This document shows positions 1 to 10,482 of a stretch of DNA of 64,000 nt, one piece after another (the first letter of the stretch is position 1; each line of letters opens with the position of its first letter). The DNA is from SAR86 cluster bacterium (GTDB lineage Bacteria > Pseudomonadota > Gammaproteobacteria > Magnimaribacterales > TMED112). The notes beneath the pieces are model-generated. The model saw only the letters and a program-made list of their open reading frames with translations, did no database searches and was not told where the DNA came from. Location of the stretch: NCBI GenBank assembly GCA_003331605.1, contig QOPD01000002.1, positions 118,188-182,187 of the forward strand. The letters are read 5' to 3'. The position numbers were made by a program, and so were the translations under genes.

Positions 1-513
1 TGGGCTTCTGGTTGCAACTGCAACAACTATTGAGGCTAGCAGAGTTGCCATATTTGCATTACTTCTATCGCTGTTTTCTAGAACTTGTCTTGCGAAGTGT
101 CTTTGACTTAAATGAGCAAGCTCATGAGCGATTACAGAAGCAAACTGAGCTTCGTTATCAGAATACTTGTATAGACCTGCATTAACGCCAATAACTCCCC
201 CAGGAGCAGCGAATGCATTAAGATTATTATCTTCGATTATCAATAATTCAAATGCTTTTTTATTAACTTTGCTGGATTCGCCTATCTTGTAGATAAAAAG
301 CTCTGTCCATTCTTGAACAATGGGATCATACAAAATCTTTGTTTCCCTTTTTAAATCTCTGAGAAATTGTCTTCCAAGAATTTCTTCTTCATTTTGTGAC
401 ACTGCACCACTTAGCCTATCGCCGATTAGCGGAAGCTCGACTGAGTTATCTTGAGCATGAACTTGGCATAAAAACAACAAGATTGATAGTGATGCAATTG
501 TTTTTTTAATCAT
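1..513 (-). CDS. bepA: M48 zinc metalloprotease, BepA/YfgC-like (N-terminal part; gene runs off the left edge)
   Basis: Not in ORF track (no stop inside window). Own minus-strand translation from ATG at comp(511..513): MIKKTIASLSILLFLCQVHAQDN (signal peptide) ... FASVIAHELAHLSQRHFARQ. HExxH zinc motif is encoded at comp(112..126). Divergent from perM as in E. coli. Confidence 0.75.
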   Translation of the reverse strand, partial: MIKKTIASLSILLFLCQVHAQDNSVELPLIGDRLSGAVSQNEEEILGRQFLRDLKRETKILYDPIVQEWTELFIYKIGESSKVNKKAFELLIIEDNNLNAFAAPGGVIGVNAGLYKYSDNEAQFASVIAHELAHLSQRHFARQVLENSDRSNANMATLLASIVVAVATRSP

Positions 514-567
514 TAGTATTAACTATAATTGTTTGATAAGAATTTTATATAAAGATTCAATAAAAAA

Positions 568-1590
568 ATGAAAATTAATTCTATTGTTAAAAATCAGCAA
601 TTTATTTTTTTGATTGCGGTAGTGGCAGCAGGTCTTGGTACACTCTGGATAATTGGTGACCTTGCATCACCAATACTTCTGAGTATTGTGTTAGCCTTTT
701 TATTTAGGCCTCTATTTGTATATTTAGTGCAAATTGGGGTTCCAAGAAGTGTGAGCGTAGTGGTTACATTTCTTGTTTCAATGCTCGTAGGGATTGGTTT
801 TTTTCTTATTTTTGTTCCAATGTTTATAAATGAAGCACAAAGGTATTTACAGGAAATACCAAGTCTTCAATTTCTTATTGATCCAATCAATAATTTTCTT
901 AGCAACATTAATGTACCAATTGATTCATTGGACAGTGCGCAGAGCCTATTTTCAAATGTTGCCGGTTTCATAACAGACACTATTTCATTTGGCTTCTCTA
1001 GGGTTCAAGACACTGCAAATCTATTAATAGGGGCAATGATGGTTCCAATCTTTCTATTTTTTTGGCTATGGGATACAGAAACCTTATCGTCTGGTTTTTC
1101 AAAACTTATGCCCAAGAAAAAGAAGTTTTTGTCAAAAGTATGGACGGAAACAAATGGTTACTTTCAAGATTATTTCAAAGGTAAATTCATTGAAGTGCTA
1201 GCCGTTTCAGCTGCAGGAAGCTTAATGTTTTATTTGCTTGGTTTAAATAGCCCAATGCTGATTGGCATAACTTTAGGACTAAGCCAATTAATCCCGTTTT
1301 TTGGACCAATATTTATGACAATACCTATCCTAGTTGTATCTTTAGCACAATTTGGTCTAGATCCTTGGGTGATAGTCATTCTAGCTGCTTTTGCGGTTCT
1401 TCAGTTTGTTGACGGTAACATTTTTCTGCCATTTCTTTTATCAGAAGTAGTAAAATTGCCTGCAGTTATAGTCTTAATGTCTGTATTCTTTTTTGGCGCT
1501 TTGTTTGGAATATGGGGAGTATTCTTTTCAGTACCTTTGGCAAGTTTTATAAAATCCTTGATGGATAACTGGAAATTTATTGACTCTTAA
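568..1590 (+). CDS. perM: AI-2E family (UPF0118, PerM-like) permease
   Basis: 340 aa polytopic membrane protein. Overall pattern of PerM/YdiK family; neighbour of bepA as in E. coli. Confidence 0.6.
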   Translation: MKINSIVKNQQFIFLIAVVAAGLGTLWIIGDLASPILLSIVLAFLFRPLFVYLVQIGVPRSVSVVVTFLVSMLVGIGFFLIFVPMFINEAQRYLQEIPSLQFLIDPINNFLSNINVPIDSLDSAQSLFSNVAGFITDTISFGFSRVQDTANLLIGAMMVPIFLFFWLWDTETLSSGFSKLMPKKKKFLSKVWTETNGYFQDYFKGKFIEVLAVSAAGSLMFYLLGLNSPMLIGITLGLSQLIPFFGPIFMTIPILVVSLAQFGLDPWVIVILAAFAVLQFVDGNIFLPFLLSEVVKLPAVIVLMSVFFFGALFGIWGVFFSVPLASFIKSLMDNWKFIDS

Positions 1591-2048
1591 ATTACAGACT
1601 GTAGATGCTCAAAAACTTCCTGAGCATGGCCTGGCACTTTTACATTTCTCCATTCTTTAATTAGCATTCCATCTGGACCAATAAGAAACGTGCTTCTTTC
1701 AATACCCATATACTTTCTGCCATACATGGACTTTTCTTTCATAACTCCGTATGCATTACACATCTCTTCTTCTGGATCAGAAATGAGTGGAAAATTGAGA
1801 GATTCTTTCTCGATAAAGCTTTTATGAGATTTAAGCGAATCTCTTGATACACCAATAATATCGCAATTTAGTTTTTGGAAGTCTTTAAAAAGGTCTCTGA
1901 AATTTTGACTTTCAACAGTGCATCCAGAGGTTTTATCTTTAGGGTAAAAATATATAACTAAATACTTGCCTCGAAAATCCTCCAGACTAATTTGCTCGTT
2001 TTCTTCTATATTTCCTAAAAAGTTAGGTGCTTTTGCTTTATCATTCAT
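1587..2048 (-). CDS. bcp: Thiol peroxidase Bcp (peroxiredoxin Q type)
   Basis: 153 aa; YFYPKDKTSGCTVE peroxidatic Cys motif; located beside dapA as in E. coli. Confidence 0.85.
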   Translation of the reverse strand: MNDKAKAPNFLGNIEENEQISLEDFRGKYLVIYFYPKDKTSGCTVESQNFRDLFKDFQKLNCDIIGVSRDSLKSHKSFIEKESLNFPLISDPEEEMCNAYGVMKEKSMYGRKYMGIERSTFLIGPDGMLIKEWRNVKVPGHAQEVFEHLQSVI

Positions 2049-2073
2049 TTCTAAGATTATAGTAGATAAAAAA

Positions 2074-2937
2074 ATGAAAGGAAGTTTAGTAGCTATCGTT
2101 ACCCCAATGCATGACGATGGAGCAGTGGATTACCAAAGTTTTAACAAACTAATTCAATTTCATGAAGAACAGGGTACTGATGGTATTGTCTTAGTTGGAA
2201 CCACGGGAGAATCTGCAACCTTATCTTCAGTCGAAAGAGGTCAAATTTTCTCATTTGCAAGAAAAGCAACAACTCTACCCTTAATGGCTGGAGTGGGTAG
2301 TTCATCTACTAAAGATGCTACAAGTTTGATTGATATTGCTCTTAAAAATGGCATTGGTGATTGCTTGGCTGTTACACCTTATTACAACAGGCCATCACAA
2401 AAAGGTCTCTTTCTCCACTATAAAGAATTAGCAAAGACTGATGCACAGATATTTTTATACAATGTGCCCGGGCGAACTGGAGTAGATTTACTGCCCTCAA
2501 CAGTTAACCAACTAATGGATATTGAGAATATAGTTGGGCTTAAGGAAGCTGTAGCAACAAATGAAAGGTTTGATGAATTAAGCAATTTGCTCAACAAAAA
2601 TTCAGATTTTTTAATGTTTTCTGGAGACGATCCAACTTTCGTTCAATTTATGGAATTGGGCGGTGTTGGCGTTATATCGGTTGCAGCAAATGTAATACCA
2701 AAGCAGATCAAGGATTTGTGTGACATGTGTTTATCTGGAGATTTCAGTAATGCAAATCAATCAGTTGAGAAATATCTAAAGATTTTTGAGCTCTTATTTA
2801 TTGAAGCAAGCCCTAGTCCATGCAAATATCTGCTTGAAAAAAAGGGATTAGTAAAGAATAATCTTAGATTACCTCTTCACCCATTATCTGAGGAGTATAA
2901 ACAAACAATTGATTTAGCTTATGAAGTTATCGCTTAA
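2074..2937 (+). CDS. dapA: 4-hydroxy-tetrahydrodipicolinate synthase
   Basis: Track ORF 1966..2937, but the homologous N-terminus starts at MKGSLVAIVTPMHDDG (ATG 2074). GTTGES motif, YNRP, and active-site Lys region present. The upstream 36 codons overlap bcp and are not DapA-like. Confidence 0.9.
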   Translation: MKGSLVAIVTPMHDDGAVDYQSFNKLIQFHEEQGTDGIVLVGTTGESATLSSVERGQIFSFARKATTLPLMAGVGSSSTKDATSLIDIALKNGIGDCLAVTPYYNRPSQKGLFLHYKELAKTDAQIFLYNVPGRTGVDLLPSTVNQLMDIENIVGLKEAVATNERFDELSNLLNKNSDFLMFSGDDPTFVQFMELGGVGVISVAANVIPKQIKDLCDMCLSGDFSNANQSVEKYLKIFELLFIEASPSPCKYLLEKKGLVKNNLRLPLHPLSEEYKQTIDLAYEVIA

Positions 2938-3871
2938 AATACTTATTTTCTTATTTCTAGCATCTTGTGCATCGAATAATTTTGCCACTTTAGAGTGTGA
3001 GAATGCAAATTGTACCCTTGAGAGAATCAATGAAAATGAAAGATTGGTAAACGAAGGGGATGGTCTGATTGTTCTTGATGACATATCATACGAGCCATCG
3101 AATGATTTCCCTTATCCAGAGAGAGGTGAAAGTCTTCTCAAAGAGGGTGAAGTGCCCAGGCCAAAAAAGATTTTTTCATCAGAAGGGTCTGAACAGGTTG
3201 AAATACGCAGATTGGGAGAAATATACTGGATTTACGCCGAAGCCTTGCCGTCAAAAGCATGGCCACTGGTTAAAGATTTTCTTGGCAATGAATATAACCT
3301 TATTGAGGAAGTTCCAGAAAGTGGAGTTATTAGATCTCAATCAGTTGCTGACAACAATGAGCTAGTTGTAAGAGTTGAGCATGGCATCAAAAATAATAGC
3401 TCTGAGATTTATCTTTATGACAACCTTAACCAAGTAAAAGAAATTTCATTTTATGAAGATATGGCTAAATATATTTCCGATAACCTTCCTGGCTATCAGG
3501 GTAATTCAATAGCAGCTCAATCTTTGAATTTGAATAAGAAAGCTAGAATTGTGTACATCAGAAAAGAAATTGGTATTGAATTTAAATTAAGTTATGAAAG
3601 AGCATGGTCTGCTATTTCAAGAGCACTGGAAAAAACAAAATATACTGTTTCTGATAGGAATAGAGAGCTTAAATACATACAACTTGATTTAGAGGAGAGC
3701 AACTCAGGTTTCTTTAATTTCTTTAGATCCGATGATTCTGAATCAGAGGTCGACTATGAGCTAGTCTTCTCTCAATCAGGTGAGAATACATTGCTGGAAT
3801 TTAAAAAATTGTCGAATACTCAAGTAAGTGTTAACGAGCTTGTTGATAAAATTAACGAGAATTTATCATGA
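2921..3871 (+). CDS. bamC: Outer-membrane lipoprotein, BamC/NlpB-like
   Basis: Lipobox LFLASC at N-terminus; 316 aa. Sits between dapA and purC, the position of bamC in E. coli. Identification is mostly by synteny. Confidence 0.6.
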   Translation: MKLSLKILIFLFLASCASNNFATLECENANCTLERINENERLVNEGDGLIVLDDISYEPSNDFPYPERGESLLKEGEVPRPKKIFSSEGSEQVEIRRLGEIYWIYAEALPSKAWPLVKDFLGNEYNLIEEVPESGVIRSQSVADNNELVVRVEHGIKNNSSEIYLYDNLNQVKEISFYEDMAKYISDNLPGYQGNSIAAQSLNLNKKARIVYIRKEIGIEFKLSYERAWSAISRALEKTKYTVSDRNRELKYIQLDLEESNSGFFNFFRSDDSESEVDYELVFSQSGENTLLEFKKLSNTQVSVNELVDKINENLS

Positions 3872-4578
3872 TAAAGAAAGACCTTGTTTCTCAGGGAAAA
3901 GCAAAATCATTGTATTCAACAGATGACGAAGGTTTGCTTTTAATGGAATATCGCGATGACACTTCAGCATTCGATGGAAAGAAAACAGAAGCTCTAAAAG
4001 GCAAAGGAGAGATAAATAATAAATTTAACGGATTTATTATGAAGCACCTGCAAAAAAGTGGTGTTGAAACACACTTTGTTGAAGAAATAAGCCCAAATGA
4101 AAGTCTCGTTACCAAGCTTGAAATGCTGCCGGTAGAGTGTGTTGTGAGAAACATTGCTACTGGATCTTTATGCCGTAGACTTGGAGTTGAAGAAGGCATT
4201 AAATTCAATGATCCATTATTTGAGTTTTTTCTAAAGGACGATGAGCTAGGAGATCCATTAATCAATGACAACCACATCATTGCTTTTGGTTGGGGTACAC
4301 AAGAAGAGATAGACTTCATGAAGAAACAAACTTTTTTAATCAATAAAGTCTTATGCAGTCTTTTTGATGAAGCAAACCTCATACTAGTTGACTATAAAGT
4401 TGAATATGGAAGATCCTCTGAAGGATTGCTTTTAGGAGATGAGTTTACTCCTGATGGCTGCAGAATCTGGGATAAAGACACGGGTGAGAGCCTTGATAAA
4501 GATAGATTCAGGAAAGACCTTGGTGATGTTGTTGAATCCTATCAGATCGTAGCCCATAAATTAGGCATGGAAATCTAA
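3868..4578 (+). CDS. purC: SAICAR synthetase
   Basis: 236 aa; KAKSLYSTDDEGLLLMEYRDDTSAFDG matches the PurC N-terminal pattern; ATGA overlap with bamC. Confidence 0.9.
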   Translation: MIKKDLVSQGKAKSLYSTDDEGLLLMEYRDDTSAFDGKKTEALKGKGEINNKFNGFIMKHLQKSGVETHFVEEISPNESLVTKLEMLPVECVVRNIATGSLCRRLGVEEGIKFNDPLFEFFLKDDELGDPLINDNHIIAFGWGTQEEIDFMKKQTFLINKVLCSLFDEANLILVDYKVEYGRSSEGLLLGDEFTPDGCRIWDKDTGESLDKDRFRKDLGDVVESYQIVAHKLGMEI

Positions 4579-4618
4579 AATTTTCCTTGAGAACACAACT
4601 TTAGACTATAATTAATAC

Positions 4619-5845
4619 ATGATGAATAAAACTGACAAAGCAATTTACTTCGACTATGCCTCTACAACTCCGGTAGACCCGAGGGTGGCCAACAAAATGA
4701 TGGAGTATTTGACTGCAGATGGTCACTTTGGTAATGCTGCTTCAAGATCACATATTTTTGGTTGGAAAGCTGAAGAGGGAATTGAAAAGGCAAGACACCA
4801 AGTTGCTTCGTTGATAAATGCAGACTCAAGAGAAATTGTTTGGACTTCTGGAGCAACGGAATCTGATAATCTAGCCATTAAAGGAGCCGCTAGATTCTAT
4901 AAAGCAAAAGGCAATCACATAATCACATCTAAGATTGAACATAAAGCTGTACTTGACCCATGCCGACAGCTTGAAAGAGAGGGGTTTGAGGTTACATATT
5001 TGGATCCTGATGAAAATGGGATAGTGAGCCTGGAGTCGATAAAGAATGCCGTGAAGGATGCAACTATCCTGATTTCAATAATGCATATTAATAATGAGCT
5101 TGGGTCTGTGAATGATATTAAGTCAATCGGGGAATATGCTAGATCCAAAGGCATAATTTTTCATGTCGATGCTGCACAAAGCACAGGGAAATTAAAAATA
5201 GATGTAAAAGAAATGAATGTTGATTTAATGTCACTAACTGCCGGGAAGACTTATGGTCCCAAAGGTGTCGGAGCATTGTATGTTTCAAGAAAACCAAGAG
5301 TTAGGCTAGAAGCGTTAATCCATGGTGGAGGGCATGAAAGAGGGTTTAGATCAGGCACACTTCCAACTCATCAAATTGTGGGAATGGGTGAAGCATACAA
5401 GTTAGCAGCAGAAGAGATGGATCAAGACAATGAAAGAATAGCCAAATTGGCTAAGTATTTTTGGAAAGAGCTAAGTGAAATCGAAGAAATATTCCTCAAT
5501 GGTTCACATGAGAATAAAGTTCCTAATATCACCAATATAAGTTTTGCTTATGTAGAGGGGGAATCACTAATAATGGCATTAAAGGACGTTGCAGTCTCTT
5601 CAGGTTCCGCATGCACATCAGCCAGTCTTGAGCCCTCATATGTTTTACGGGCCTTGGGGAGACCAGATGAATTAGCACACAGTTCTATCAGGTTTTCATT
5701 CGGCAGATTCACAACTGAAGAAGAGGTTAAAACCGTAGCTGAGATAGCAAAAAAAGCTGTTGAGCAATTAAGAGAGCTATCACCTCTTTGGGACATGTTC
5801 AAGGATGGAGTGGATCTTGAAAAAGTAGAGTGGGCACCCCATTAA
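4619..5845 (+). CDS. iscS: Cysteine desulfurase IscS
   Basis: 408 aa; [17 protein letters not shown]-Lys region; [20 protein letters not shown] catalytic Cys loop; ends WAPH like IscS. Confidence 0.95.
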   Translation: MMNKTDKAIYFDYASTTPVDPRVANKMMEYLTADGHFGNAASRSHIFGWKAEEGIEKARHQVASLINADSREIVWTSGATESDNLAIKGAARFYKAKGNHIITSKIEHKAVLDPCRQLEREGFEVTYLDPDENGIVSLESIKNAVKDATILISIMHINNELGSVNDIKSIGEYARSKGIIFHVDAAQSTGKLKIDVKEMNVDLMSLTAGKTYGPKGVGALYVSRKPRVRLEALIHGGGHERGFRSGTLPTHQIVGMGEAYKLAAEEMDQDNERIAKLAKYFWKELSEIEEIFLNGSHENKVPNITNISFAYVEGESLIMALKDVAVSSGSACTSASLEPSYVLRALGRPDELAHSSIRFSFGRFTTEEEVKTVAEIAKKAVEQLRELSPLWDMFKDGVDLEKVEWAPH

Positions 5846-5851
5846 TTAGAT

Positions 5852-6256
5852 ATGGCGTATTCAAGAAAAGTAATAAAAAAATTTGAGGACACCTTAAATA
5901 ATCCAGCTGCGCACAGTGTGGGGAGACTGGATGCAAGCTCAAAGAATGTTGGTACTGGTATGGTAGGCGCACCTGCCTGTGGAGATGTGATGCGTCTTCA
6001 AATAGAAGTAAGTGATGATGGGCTAATTACTGACTGTAAATTTAAAACCTATGGATGTGGTTCGGCAATTGCATCAAGCCAACAAATGATTGAGATGCTA
6101 AAAGGAAAGACCTTAGCAGAAGCCAAACAAATTAAAGACAAAGATATCGCAAAAGTTCTTGAATTGCCGCCCATCAAGATTCATTGCAGTGTTTTAGCAG
6201 AAGATAGCATCAAAAAAGCCATTGAGGATTATGAATCCAAAAAAACACCTGCCTAA
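5852..6256 (+). CDS. iscU: Fe-S cluster scaffold IscU
   Basis: 134 aa; GAPACGDVMRLQI, YGCGSAIASS and IHCSVLAEDSIKKAI motifs. Confidence 0.95.
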   Translation: MAYSRKVIKKFEDTLNNPAAHSVGRLDASSKNVGTGMVGAPACGDVMRLQIEVSDDGLITDCKFKTYGCGSAIASSQQMIEMLKGKTLAEAKQIKDKDIAKVLELPPIKIHCSVLAEDSIKKAIEDYESKKTPA

Positions 6257-6608
6257 GATATTAAATTTTACGACGATAGCAATCGCACACTTTAAACATA
6301 AAGTGGCTTCCCAAGGTAAAGAGAATAAAATAAGACTGGGCGTAAAGAAAACAGGCTGTAATGGGTTTTCCTACTACTTTAACTTTGTCAGTAAAGGTAA
6401 TAAGTCAGATCATCATCTTAAAGTTGATGAACTAGATTTTTTTATTCCATACGATTCGCTAGATATTTTAGAGGGCTGCCAAGTTGACTATACTATTGAA
6501 GGCCTTAACCAAGGAGTAAAATTTCTAAATCCTAATGCAAGTGCGGTATGCGGATGTGGCGAAAGTTTTACAGTCTCCAATGAAAAAGATCAAAATACTT
6601 CCTCATGA
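6231..6608 (+). CDS. iscA: Fe-S cluster insertion protein IscA
   Basis: RLGVKKTGCNGFSY and C-terminal CGCGESF motifs. ATG 6231 chosen (track gives TTG 6222). Has about 10 extra C-terminal aa that overlap the fdx start. Confidence 0.85.
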   Translation: MNPKKHLPKILNFTTIAIAHFKHKVASQGKENKIRLGVKKTGCNGFSYYFNFVSKGNKSDHHLKVDELDFFIPYDSLDILEGCQVDYTIEGLNQGVKFLNPNASAVCGCGESFTVSNEKDQNTSS

Positions 6609-6918
6609 GGTGATATGTCCTGAGGGCTTAACAATTGAAGCCCAGGAAGGAGAAACAGTTTTGGATGCTTGTTTAAGAAATGGCATTAAAATTGAACATG
6701 CTTGTGAAAAATCCTGTGCTTGTACTACTTGTCATGTAGTTGTGAGGGATGGGTTTAACTCATTGGATCCTGCAAGCGATACGGAGGAAGATTTATTGGA
6801 TAAAGCATGGGGACTTGAAGCGACTTCAAGGCTAAGTTGTCAAGTTGTTCCTAAGGGTAAGGTAACAGTCATAGAGCTTCCTAAATATACAATTAACCAA
6901 GTTTCTGAGTTAACATAG
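6580..6918 (+). CDS. fdx: [2Fe-2S] ferredoxin of the ISC system
   Basis: Start at MKKIKILPHEVICPEG (ATG 6580) parallels E. coli Fdx MPKIVILPHQDLCPDG. EHACEKSCACTTCHV cluster ligands. 112 aa. Confidence 0.9.
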   Translation: MKKIKILPHEVICPEGLTIEAQEGETVLDACLRNGIKIEHACEKSCACTTCHVVVRDGFNSLDPASDTEEDLLDKAWGLEATSRLSCQVVPKGKVTVIELPKYTINQVSELT

Positions 6919-6919
6919 C

Positions 6920-7117
6920 ATGCTTAAATGGATTGATACTCTTGATATTGCAATTGAGCTAGTTGAGCTTCATCCAGATATTGATCCACAATGGATTAAC
7001 TTTGTTGATTTAAGAGCGCTAGTTTTACAATTGGATGGTTTCGAGGATGATCCGGAAAAATGCAATGAAAAGATTTTAGAATCCATACAACAAAACTGGA
7101 TTAACGAAAAGGAGTAA
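6920..7117 (+). CDS. iscX: IscX (YfhJ)
   Basis: 65 aa acidic protein; [10 protein letters not shown]...[21 protein letters not shown] parallels E. coli IscX. Confidence 0.85.
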   Translation: MLKWIDTLDIAIELVELHPDIDPQWINFVDLRALVLQLDGFEDDPEKCNEKILESIQQNWINEKE

Positions 7118-7119
7118 GA

Positions 7120-7539
7120 ATGGAAAAAACATTATCAATAATTAAACCTGATGCAACCGAAAAAAATGTCATTGGGAAAATCATCGATCGATTTGAGTCA
7201 GCTGGACTAAGAGTTGTAGCAGCTAAACTAGTTCAGCTTGATAAGGCAAAAGCAGGCGGTTTTTATGCAGAGCATGAGGGCAAGCCTTTCTATGATAATT
7301 TAGTTAAATACATGACTTCTGGCCCAGTAGTTGTGCAAGTATTGTGTGGACCAAATGCAATTGCAAAAAACAGAGAATTAATGGGAGCAACAAACCCTCA
7401 AGAAGCAGAACCAGGAACAATCAGAGCAGACTTTGCAGAATCTATTGATGCAAATGCCGTTCACGGATCAGATTCCCCTGAAAGTGCTGCCAGAGAAATT
7501 TCTTATTTCTTTAATGAAGATGAAATCTTTGTAAACTAG
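7120..7539 (+). CDS. ndk: Nucleoside diphosphate kinase
   Basis: 139 aa; [17 protein letters not shown] active-site His. Confidence 0.95.
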   Translation: MEKTLSIIKPDATEKNVIGKIIDRFESAGLRVVAAKLVQLDKAKAGGFYAEHEGKPFYDNLVKYMTSGPVVVQVLCGPNAIAKNRELMGATNPQEAEPGTIRADFAESIDANAVHGSDSPESAAREISYFFNEDEIFVN

Positions 7540-7547
7540 TAAGTGAT

Positions 7548-8645
7548 TTGTTAGAAAATAAAGCAATCAGAAAAAAGACCAAAAAAATTTGGATTGGCGA
7601 TGTGCCAGTAGGCGGAGATGCCCCTATCACTGTCCAATCAATGACAAACACCAATACCGAAGATGCCAGCCAAACTATAAACCAGATTAATCAATTACAG
7701 GAGGCAGGAGCAGATATCGTACGAGTATCATTACCAACTGAAGCAGCTGCAGATTCATTTAAAACAATAAAAGAGAATACATCAATTCCTCTCGTAACCG
7801 ATATACATTTTGACTACAAGATTGCATTGAAAGCACTCGAACTTGGAGCAGACTGCGTAAGAATTAATCCGGGCAATATTGGTACCGAAAAAAAGATAAG
7901 AGAGGTCATACTTTCTGCAAAAGATAAAAATATTCCAATTAGAATTGGAGTGAATGCTGGTTCTTTAGAAAAAGATCTTCAGGTAAAATATGGAGAACCA
8001 AGTTCTGATGCTCTTGTTGAGTCAGCAATGAGGCATGTTGAAATCTTAAATAAGCACAACTTCGATAACTTTAAATTGAGCATTAAATCATCTGATATTT
8101 ATATGACAGTTGATAGTTACAGGAAGATATCTGCCTTAATTGATCAACCGCTTCACCTTGGGATTACAGAATCAGGTTCTCTAAAATCAGGTACTGTAAG
8201 ATCATCCATTGGTTTAGGAGCTTTGCTCATGGATGGAATTGGCGACACCATTAGAGTTTCTTTGGCTTCAGACCCTGTAGACGAAGTAGGAGTAGGGTGG
8301 GAAATGCTAAAATCATTAAACCTTAGATCCAGAGGTGTAAAAATTATTGCTTGTCCAAGCTGCTCAAGACAAAACTTTCAGGTAATTAATACCGTAAATA
8401 ATTTAGAGCAAAGGTTGTCAGAAATTAAACAAGAAGTGACTTTGGCAGTGATTGGTTGTTATGTTAATGGTCCAGGAGAATCAAAGGTGGCAGATGTTGG
8501 GGTAACTGGTGCTTCTCCAAAACATTTAATCTATATCAAGGGAAAGCCTGCCTATAAGGTCAACACAGTTGATTTAGAAAAATCATTAATTAAAGAGGTT
8601 TTAAAAATTGCAGAAGAAAAAAGTAATACAATAGTAGCGCAATGA
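7548..8645 (+). CDS. ispG: HMBPP synthase IspG (GcpE)
   Basis: 365 aa, TTG start; [17 protein letters not shown] and GCYVNGPGE cluster ligands. Confidence 0.9.
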   Translation: MLENKAIRKKTKKIWIGDVPVGGDAPITVQSMTNTNTEDASQTINQINQLQEAGADIVRVSLPTEAAADSFKTIKENTSIPLVTDIHFDYKIALKALELGADCVRINPGNIGTEKKIREVILSAKDKNIPIRIGVNAGSLEKDLQVKYGEPSSDALVESAMRHVEILNKHNFDNFKLSIKSSDIYMTVDSYRKISALIDQPLHLGITESGSLKSGTVRSSIGLGALLMDGIGDTIRVSLASDPVDEVGVGWEMLKSLNLRSRGVKIIACPSCSRQNFQVINTVNNLEQRLSEIKQEVTLAVIGCYVNGPGESKVADVGVTGASPKHLIYIKGKPAYKVNTVDLEKSLIKEVLKIAEEKSNTIVAQ

Positions 8646-9880
8646 AAGAGTTAAAAACAATAAGAGGTATGCCAGATTTATATGGACAAGAGGTTCAGAC
8701 AATTTCATTTGTTGAGAAAACTTGCGAAAAGGTTTTTAGAAGCTTTAACTTTAAAGAATTTCGTACTCCAATACTTGAAAACAAGTCACTATTTGAGAGA
8801 TCGGTAGGAGATACATCAGACATTATTCAAAAGGAGATGTATGAACTTCAAGATAGAAAAGGAGAAAATCTGTGCCTAAGACCTGAAGGAACAGCGGGTT
8901 TAGTAAGGGGACTAATTACTAATGGCCTTGATGATTTAGAGATAAAAAAATATTTCTATATTGGTCCTATGTTCCGTTATGAGCGACCTCAGAAAGGAAG
9001 AAAAAGACAATTCATTCAAGCTGGAATTGAGTTAATTGGCGATGAAAGCATCAATGCTGACGTTGAAATTTTGCAGGTTGCAAAAATTGTTTTAGAGCAA
9101 CTTAGTATTCCATCAGAACTTGAGGTTAATTTTATCGGAGACATAGAATGCATCGAAAACTTTAGAGACTATTTAAGGGATTATCTTCAAAAATATAAAG
9201 ATCAAATTGAAGAAAAGCTTTACTTTAGGCTTTTAAGAAATCCAATAAGAGCTCTAGATTCTAAGGACGAGAAGATAAAAGACATTATAAAAGATTCTAG
9301 ACCAATATCCGATTTTTTTACTGAAGAGCAAAACACAAAATTTGAGGATATTAAGTCACTTTTAGATTCTTTGGAAATTGGTTATAAAGTAAACCCAAAT
9401 CTTGTTAGGGGCTTAGACTACTACACGGGGTTAGTGTTTGAATTTACCAATAACAATCTGGGCGCACAAAATGCTATTTTGGGTGGCGGAAGATACGACA
9501 ATCTAATTGCGGATTTGGGTGGAAATAAAATTCCAGCTACTGGTTTTGCGTTGGGAGTAGACAGGCTTGCTGAAATTGTAGAAACCAATTCAGATAATTC
9601 TGGCATATTTTTAGGAAGCTTAGACAGTAAGTCTAAAGTATATGCACAAAAACTGGGTTTCAAACTAAGATCTAACAATCCAACTTTAAATGTTGAAACC
9701 TATCTAGGTAACGCAAATTTAAATAAGCAACTTAAAAAAGCTGATTCTTTCGGCTTTAAATTTGTTATCATAATCGGCCAAGAAGAACTTAACTCAGGTG
9801 TATTCAAGTTAAAGTCTTTAAGCAACGCAGCTGAGGATCAGGGTGTGACTGAGAAAGAATTATTGGAGAAATTTAGTTGA
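8642..9880 (+). CDS. hisS: Histidyl-tRNA synthetase
   Basis: 412 aa; class II motifs incl. [14 protein letters not shown] and GGGRYDNL. Confidence 0.95.
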   Translation: MKELKTIRGMPDLYGQEVQTISFVEKTCEKVFRSFNFKEFRTPILENKSLFERSVGDTSDIIQKEMYELQDRKGENLCLRPEGTAGLVRGLITNGLDDLEIKKYFYIGPMFRYERPQKGRKRQFIQAGIELIGDESINADVEILQVAKIVLEQLSIPSELEVNFIGDIECIENFRDYLRDYLQKYKDQIEEKLYFRLLRNPIRALDSKDEKIKDIIKDSRPISDFFTEEQNTKFEDIKSLLDSLEIGYKVNPNLVRGLDYYTGLVFEFTNNNLGAQNAILGGGRYDNLIADLGGNKIPATGFALGVDRLAEIVETNSDNSGIFLGSLDSKSKVYAQKLGFKLRSNNPTLNVETYLGNANLNKQLKKADSFGFKFVIIIGQEELNSGVFKLKSLSNAAEDQGVTEKELLEKFS

Positions 9881-10482
9881 TAGAAAATCTTATAAATTTT
9901 GTTAAAAGCAGAACCTTTATCTACTCTGTGTCAGGTGTAGTTCTACTGTTTGGGGTTTTATCCTTAGTAAATTACTTGAATGATCAAAAAAACCAAGAGG
10001 AGTTCCTTCAGTTTGTTGAGATAAACGAGGAATTCAGCAATGAGGCTGAAACAGCTGAGGATTTATTTAAAAGACTGGATCTTGAATACCAAAATTTTGG
10101 CTATGAATTAATTACTAAATCCGTATTAGCAAAAAAAGCTTTGGACGAAGAAAGCTTTGAACTTGCTTTAGAAATTTATCTTGATATTAATAAGCAATTA
10201 AAATCTAGCAGTATTGCTAATGCAACAAAAAATGTCCTCAAAGAGCAGTACGCTGAAAATATAGTAAGACTACAAATTGAGCTTGATAGATACGATGATG
10301 GAAAGTTATTTTTGGAACAAACTAATTTAAAATCCCCACGTTTTTATGAGCTGGGCGGAGATTTTTACAAATCATTTGGCGAAAATGAGCTTGCTAATCA
10401 ATGGTACGACAAAGCACTAGATTCAGATTTAAATGAAACTCAAAAAAATTTAATTGAACTTAAGAAGCCATTCGATGAATAA
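9877..10482 (+). CDS. yfgM: YfgM-like membrane-anchored TPR-like protein
   Basis: 201 aa with a single N-terminal TM. Occupies the conserved position between hisS and bamB. TTG start overlapping the hisS stop (TTGA). Called by synteny. Confidence 0.55.
   Translation: MIENLINFVKSRTFIYSVSGVVLLFGVLSLVNYLNDQKNQEEFLQFVEINEEFSNEAETAEDLFKRLDLEYQNFGYELITKSVLAKKALDEESFELALEIYLDINKQLKSSSIANATKNVLKEQYAENIVRLQIELDRYDDGKLFLEQTNLKSPRFYELGGDFYKSFGENELANQWYDKALDSDLNETQKNLIELKKPFDE

Noticed and set aside
1966-2073. N-terminal extensions of dapA (1966), ispH (33620), bamB (10454), trmD (42957), ampG (36389), ygfZ (57414) and nrdB (51535)
   Set aside because: In each case the extension overlaps the neighbouring gene, lacks family similarity, and an internal ATG reproduces the canonical N-terminus (a signal peptide or lipobox for bamB).
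3069-4382. Nested or antisense ORFs such as 3069..3365(+), 3891..4382(-), 39501..39950(-), 50340..50759(+), 48791..49174(+), 14953..15246(+) and many 60-110-aa minus-strand ORFs
   Set aside because: All lie entirely inside strongly conserved genes in another frame or strand. Their compositions are Ser/Leu/Phe/Ile-rich, typical of antisense translation of AT-rich coding DNA. None has its own intergenic space or motif.
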